DNA of 64,000 nucleotides from Acinetobacter phage vB_AbaSI_3: sequence record PQ382034.1; one strand, 5' to 3'. Shown piece by piece: positions 60,287 to 64,000 of this stretch (position 1 is its first letter; each line of letters starts with the position of its first letter). The notes under the pieces were generated by a model. It saw only the letters and a program-made list of their open reading frames with translations, ran no database searches and was not told where the DNA came from. The position numbers and the translations under genes were made by a program.

Positions 60287-61161
60287 AGAATACTGCTATT
60301 GCGTTAACATTAGATGAATTTAATAGCCAAATCGCTAATAAAGATTTTCAACGCACAAATATGTTCTCTATGCATTTTGCGACTAGACCTTCTTCAAAAT
60401 CACAAGAATACATTGGGCAACTATCACGCAAAATTGATGATAGCATTGCTTCAACATTAGATGCCTTAGGAGTAACTAATGAAAATATCCAAAATGCAAT
60501 TTCAACTATAGTTACAATTGGAACTCAAAAAGTAGTTAGAAAGGCTGGTGTAACAAAGGTCTTGATGGGTGCAATGACAAATAGGGTAGTGCAATCATTA
60601 CTCGGTGAACTCAAAGTCGGCACCTATCTTTTAGAATATTTTGATTTAGCCTTTCCAACATCAGGATTGTTAGTACAATCATGTAAAATTCCGGATAACC
60701 ATCTTAACTATGAGATGGACCGTCAACATAATGCACCTAGTGTAAAAATTACGGGACGTGATTATGAGCCTCTTGTAATTACATTTAGAATGGATGCCGA
60801 ATCAGCTAATTATCGTGCAATGATGGATTGGGTAAATGCAGTAGAAGATCCTATTACTGGGCTCCGAGGCTTGCCTATTGATGTTGAGGCAGACATTCAA
60901 ATCAATTTGCATGGACGTAATGGTTATCCACACACCGCATATATATTCTCTGGATGTATCCCTATGGTAGTCGGTGGTCCGCAGTTGTCATATGAAGACA
61001 ATAACCAAATTACCACATTTGACGTTACATATGCATATCGTTCGGTCCAAGTAGGTGCAGTAGGATTAAATGAGGCAAAAGAGTGGATGGAAAATTCTGC
61101 TATTAGCATAGGAAAAGGCCAATTTGACCCTACTATGAATTTTACTTCAAGATTGTCATAA
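60283..61161 (+). CDS. 54: baseplate-tail tube initiator gp54
   Basis: 292 aa; synteny. Confidence 0.8.
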   Translation: MKNTAIALTLDEFNSQIANKDFQRTNMFSMHFATRPSSKSQEYIGQLSRKIDDSIASTLDALGVTNENIQNAISTIVTIGTQKVVRKAGVTKVLMGAMTNRVVQSLLGELKVGTYLLEYFDLAFPTSGLLVQSCKIPDNHLNYEMDRQHNAPSVKITGRDYEPLVITFRMDAESANYRAMMDWVNAVEDPITGLRGLPIDVEADIQINLHGRNGYPHTAYIFSGCIPMVVGGPQLSYEDNNQITTFDVTYAYRSVQVGAVGLNEAKEWMENSAISIGKGQFDPTMNFTSRLS

Positions 61162-61184
61162 ATAAAATCATTAGGAGAATACTT

Positions 61185-63266
61185 ATGTTAGAAACATTAA
61201 CAGAAGCACAATTAAATGAAGTGCTTGAAACTGAAGGCAATAATTATGATGTGGTAGATTTGATGCCTAAAGCCAAAACACCGCAAATGTTTTTGCTAAA
61301 AGGTGATGGCATTGACAATTTAGTTGTTCGTTTAATGGCACAAAAGGAAGGCGGTGATACACTACGCAATCTTATGCCTAATGATAAAAATGTTGTAGTG
61401 TTTATCATGACACTAAATGATAAAGGTAACTTAGCTGAACTTAAAGGCGGTCTTGGCGCTAATCCGCTTAAAGCACTTACTACAATTTTTGATACTGTTT
61501 ATAGCGCAATCAAGCCATCTGTGGTAGAAACTGTTATGTTCAGATTCCCTGCAAAGAAAATGGCAGGTCAAGAACGCGGTATACGTCGTGTATTGGAACG
61601 CCTTATTCAGGTACGTGGTAAAAATCGTTTTGTAGTTCTATCTGAAATGGCAAGCTTCTCTGCCAAATATTCATACGTAGTTGCACATAAACGAAATTTA
61701 GAATTGACCGACATCCCTGGCGCATCAATTGACACTGAGCGTTATAAGAAAGTTGATACTAAGGTCGGTGAAGTGTATATTGACAATGAAACAGGTAAAG
61801 ACGTATCAAAGGCGGAAGCTATTGCACAGGCTGTTTCTACTGCAGTTAGTAAATTAACTACACAATCAGTTATCGCAAAGTCTAAAATCAGCCGCCGTGA
61901 AGCAATGGCAGCGATGTATTCATCAAGTGAATTTAGTGGCAAACCTGACGCACGCCGCCAAAAATATGATGATAGCCATGCAGTTGTGCCGGCAACAGGC
62001 AATAAAACTCTCATTCAACAAAACATTAACAATATTGATCTAAAGAGTATTGGCCAAACACTGATGGAGTATGAGCATGCAACATGGGAAGATGAAACAA
62101 AATCAAGAATTGCTATTACTCCAATAAGAAATATTGTTGTTCCGATGATCAACGATGTATTCGGTCACCGATCTACGAGCAAAGAAGGCAAAGCAATGGC
62201 TTCTAATATTATTAGAGGCATTGGCACCATCATTGCTGATGCTAACCCTAAAGATTTGCAGTCAATGATGGTAAAAATTTCAGAATTCATCTCGACTACA
62301 AGTTTTGGTGAACTTGACAAAACTGGAAGAATTAACTTCGCTAGAGGTATAATTTTTGGATTGTTAAATGGACCAATTGGTGGCAGAATACGTATTGCAT
62401 ACGAAGATGATGAGGCTGAACATAAGATTCGTCGTCAATACACTGAAGATCAGGTTGAAGCCATTAAAGCCTATACAGGTTCAGATTTTTCTGACATTAA
62501 TGGATTCCTTATTGGCCACTATGGCACATACCCAGGCCTAGAAGAAACTATTGCACATTTAGATGAAGCATTCAAAAATGGGACCACTCTAGAACGCGGA
62601 ACAATATTATACCGCGGACAAAGTGTTAAGTATGGCCAAATGAAATCAATTATGGATACAAAAATGATGTATTTTAGAAATTTTGTATCTACATCGTTAT
62701 ATCCAGTGATTTATGGTGGATTCGCAAATGCAGTTGCAAATATTGAACCTACTGCACAAGATCAAACTCATTTCACATCTGTAGATTTATCAAAATCTAC
62801 ATCATATACAAGTGATGCACATGATGCGATGAATGCTGGTACAATCGAAGATTCCAATTATAGCGTATCAGTGGCTATGGTGATCAAAGGAGCTGATAAA
62901 ATCAACGTTATCGTTCCTGGTAATATGTCTTCATATCCAAATGAATGCGAAGTAATTTTACCTCGTGGCACAATACTTAAAATTAATAAAGTTGTTGGAG
63001 AATCATTTGACTTCGGAGACTCTAATAACTCTATGCTAATGGAAACAACAGTAGTTGGTCCTGATCAGATCGATGAAAATACAGAAATGTATGATGGTGA
63101 CCTATTTTTAAGTGAAGGGCGATTAGAAGTCATAAAACCGAGTATTGGCGCATTTTATAATAATGAAGTTATAAACGAAGCCGTTATCCCTAATAATGAT
63201 GATGCAACATCCATATTATTATCATTGATTGATTTTACTGGTATGCCGCAAAAGTTCATTGATTAA
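61185..63266 (+). CDS. alt: Alt-like ADP-ribosyltransferase (packaged)
   Basis: 693 aa after gene 54 as in T4. Confidence 0.7.
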   Translation: MLETLTEAQLNEVLETEGNNYDVVDLMPKAKTPQMFLLKGDGIDNLVVRLMAQKEGGDTLRNLMPNDKNVVVFIMTLNDKGNLAELKGGLGANPLKALTTIFDTVYSAIKPSVVETVMFRFPAKKMAGQERGIRRVLERLIQVRGKNRFVVLSEMASFSAKYSYVVAHKRNLELTDIPGASIDTERYKKVDTKVGEVYIDNETGKDVSKAEAIAQAVSTAVSKLTTQSVIAKSKISRREAMAAMYSSSEFSGKPDARRQKYDDSHAVVPATGNKTLIQQNINNIDLKSIGQTLMEYEHATWEDETKSRIAITPIRNIVVPMINDVFGHRSTSKEGKAMASNIIRGIGTIIADANPKDLQSMMVKISEFISTTSFGELDKTGRINFARGIIFGLLNGPIGGRIRIAYEDDEAEHKIRRQYTEDQVEAIKAYTGSDFSDINGFLIGHYGTYPGLEETIAHLDEAFKNGTTLERGTILYRGQSVKYGQMKSIMDTKMMYFRNFVSTSLYPVIYGGFANAVANIEPTAQDQTHFTSVDLSKSTSYTSDAHDAMNAGTIEDSNYSVSVAMVIKGADKINVIVPGNMSSYPNECEVILPRGTILKINKVVGESFDFGDSNNSMLMETTVVGPDQIDENTEMYDGDLFLSEGRLEVIKPSIGAFYNNEVINEAVIPNNDDATSILLSLIDFTGMPQKFID

Positions 63267-63274
63267 ACCGCAAA

Positions 63275-63297
63275 AAGGAGCCAAATGGCTCCTTTTG
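63275..63297. terminator. bidirectional terminator hairpin aaaaggagccaaatggctcctttt
   Basis: between convergent alt and the ligase gene. Confidence 0.6.
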
Positions 63298-63483
63298 TGT
63301 TATAACGTGTGTGCTATTCGATTGACTTCAATACCATTAACATTTTCATATGTTATTAGACCGTCTATAAACTTATCGCGTTTAAATGTGCTGTCAAAAT
63401 TAATCAGCGTCGTAGATGTAGATATTGCTACTTCTTGTCCTATGCATATTTTGCTATGGATTTCTAAAAGAACTTTGTACATG

Positions 63484-64000
63484 TTATACCTCGATCACGT
63501 TTAATGCTTCAGGGAACATGTCTTCAAGAGTATTAGTTTCATCTTTATCTCGTCGAAGACATTCGATTACTGGCAAGAATAACGATACATATTCAGTACG
63601 ACCTTCGGCAGCAATCCATCCATTACACTTGATAGATACTACAGTACCAATAAGATCATCTTGTTCTAACCAAAGTTTACTACGATTTAATTCGTCTAAT
63701 TGATCATATGGAATAGGAATCCATTCACCTTTAACTTTGACTGCATTCGTATCGGTGAATCCAGAACCACATTTAACACGAATTAAATTATCATCAGATC
63801 GCAAGAATACTGCACCAAGTTTAGTTGGATCTTTGCTATGTTCCTGAACTGATACTACACGAAGATCAATGATAATTTCTTCTTTAAATTTGACCTGATT
63901 TTTAGAACGTTTGTTTTCCCAAAGTGCAAAAGTATTTTTAAGAATGATGCCTTCGAGACCTTGCTCAACATATTTTTTATAGATCGCTTTAGCTTCATCC
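63484..64000 (-). CDS. 30: DNA ligase (gp30), C-terminal part only; gene continues beyond the window
   Basis: translation ...KKYVEQGLEGIILKN...KCNGWIAAEGRTEYVSLFLP collinear with the T4 ligase C-terminus KKYIDQGLEGIILKN...ECNGWLKSDGRTDYVKLFLP. Confidence 0.85.
   Translation of the reverse strand, partial: DEAKAIYKKYVEQGLEGIILKNTFALWENKRSKNQVKFKEEIIIDLRVVSVQEHSKDPTKLGAVFLRSDDNLIRVKCGSGFTDTNAVKVKGEWIPIPYDQLDELNRSKLWLEQDDLIGTVVSIKCNGWIAAEGRTEYVSLFLPVIECLRRDKDETNTLEDMFPEALNVIEV

Overview
This is a low-GC window from a T4-like myovirus, judged by gene order and by eye-level similarity of gp17, gp18, gp23 and the DNA ligase to my memory of the T4 sequences. All identifications are manual, from reading translations and folding RNAs by hand; none is tool-verified.

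Left third (1..~13 kb): a minus-strand early/accessory region. It holds small secreted and membrane proteins, an SLT-type lytic transglycosylase, a short GIY-YIG endonuclease, a Pol-beta-type nucleotidyltransferase, a P-loop ATPase and two tRNA clusters. I count about 9 well-formed tRNAs, including one with a CUA (amber-reading) anticodon and one with UAG, plus two degenerate tRNA-like elements and a release-factor-domain mini-protein that lacks the GGQ motif.

Middle and right: the T4 order 57B-57A-1-3-2-4 on minus, then the plus-strand morphogenesis block 53-5-5.4-6-7-8-9-10-11-12-wac-13-14-15-16-17-18-19-20-67-68-21-22-23. This is followed by 24, hoc and inh on minus, uvsW, small minus ORFs, 25 and 26 on minus, 51-27-28-29-48-54-alt on plus, and the 3' end of the DNA ligase gene on minus.

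Departures from the T4 layout:
- an extra 145-aa ORF translationally coupled between gp16 and gp17;
- a 476-aa Vsr-like/NUMOD3 endonuclease-like ORF on the opposite strand between genes 23 and 24;
- gp27 carrying a C-terminal CHAP-like peptidase domain;
- fibritin with a non-foldon C-terminal globular domain;
- a ~77-bp promoter-like cassette (MotA box plus extended -10) present in inverted orientation at two sites 38 kb apart. One copy drives a 5x18-bp tandem-repeat RNA antisense to gene 2. The other drives a 110-aa Cys-rich ORF that sits where uvsY is expected. That ORF is open in the sequence but absent from the supplied ORF track.
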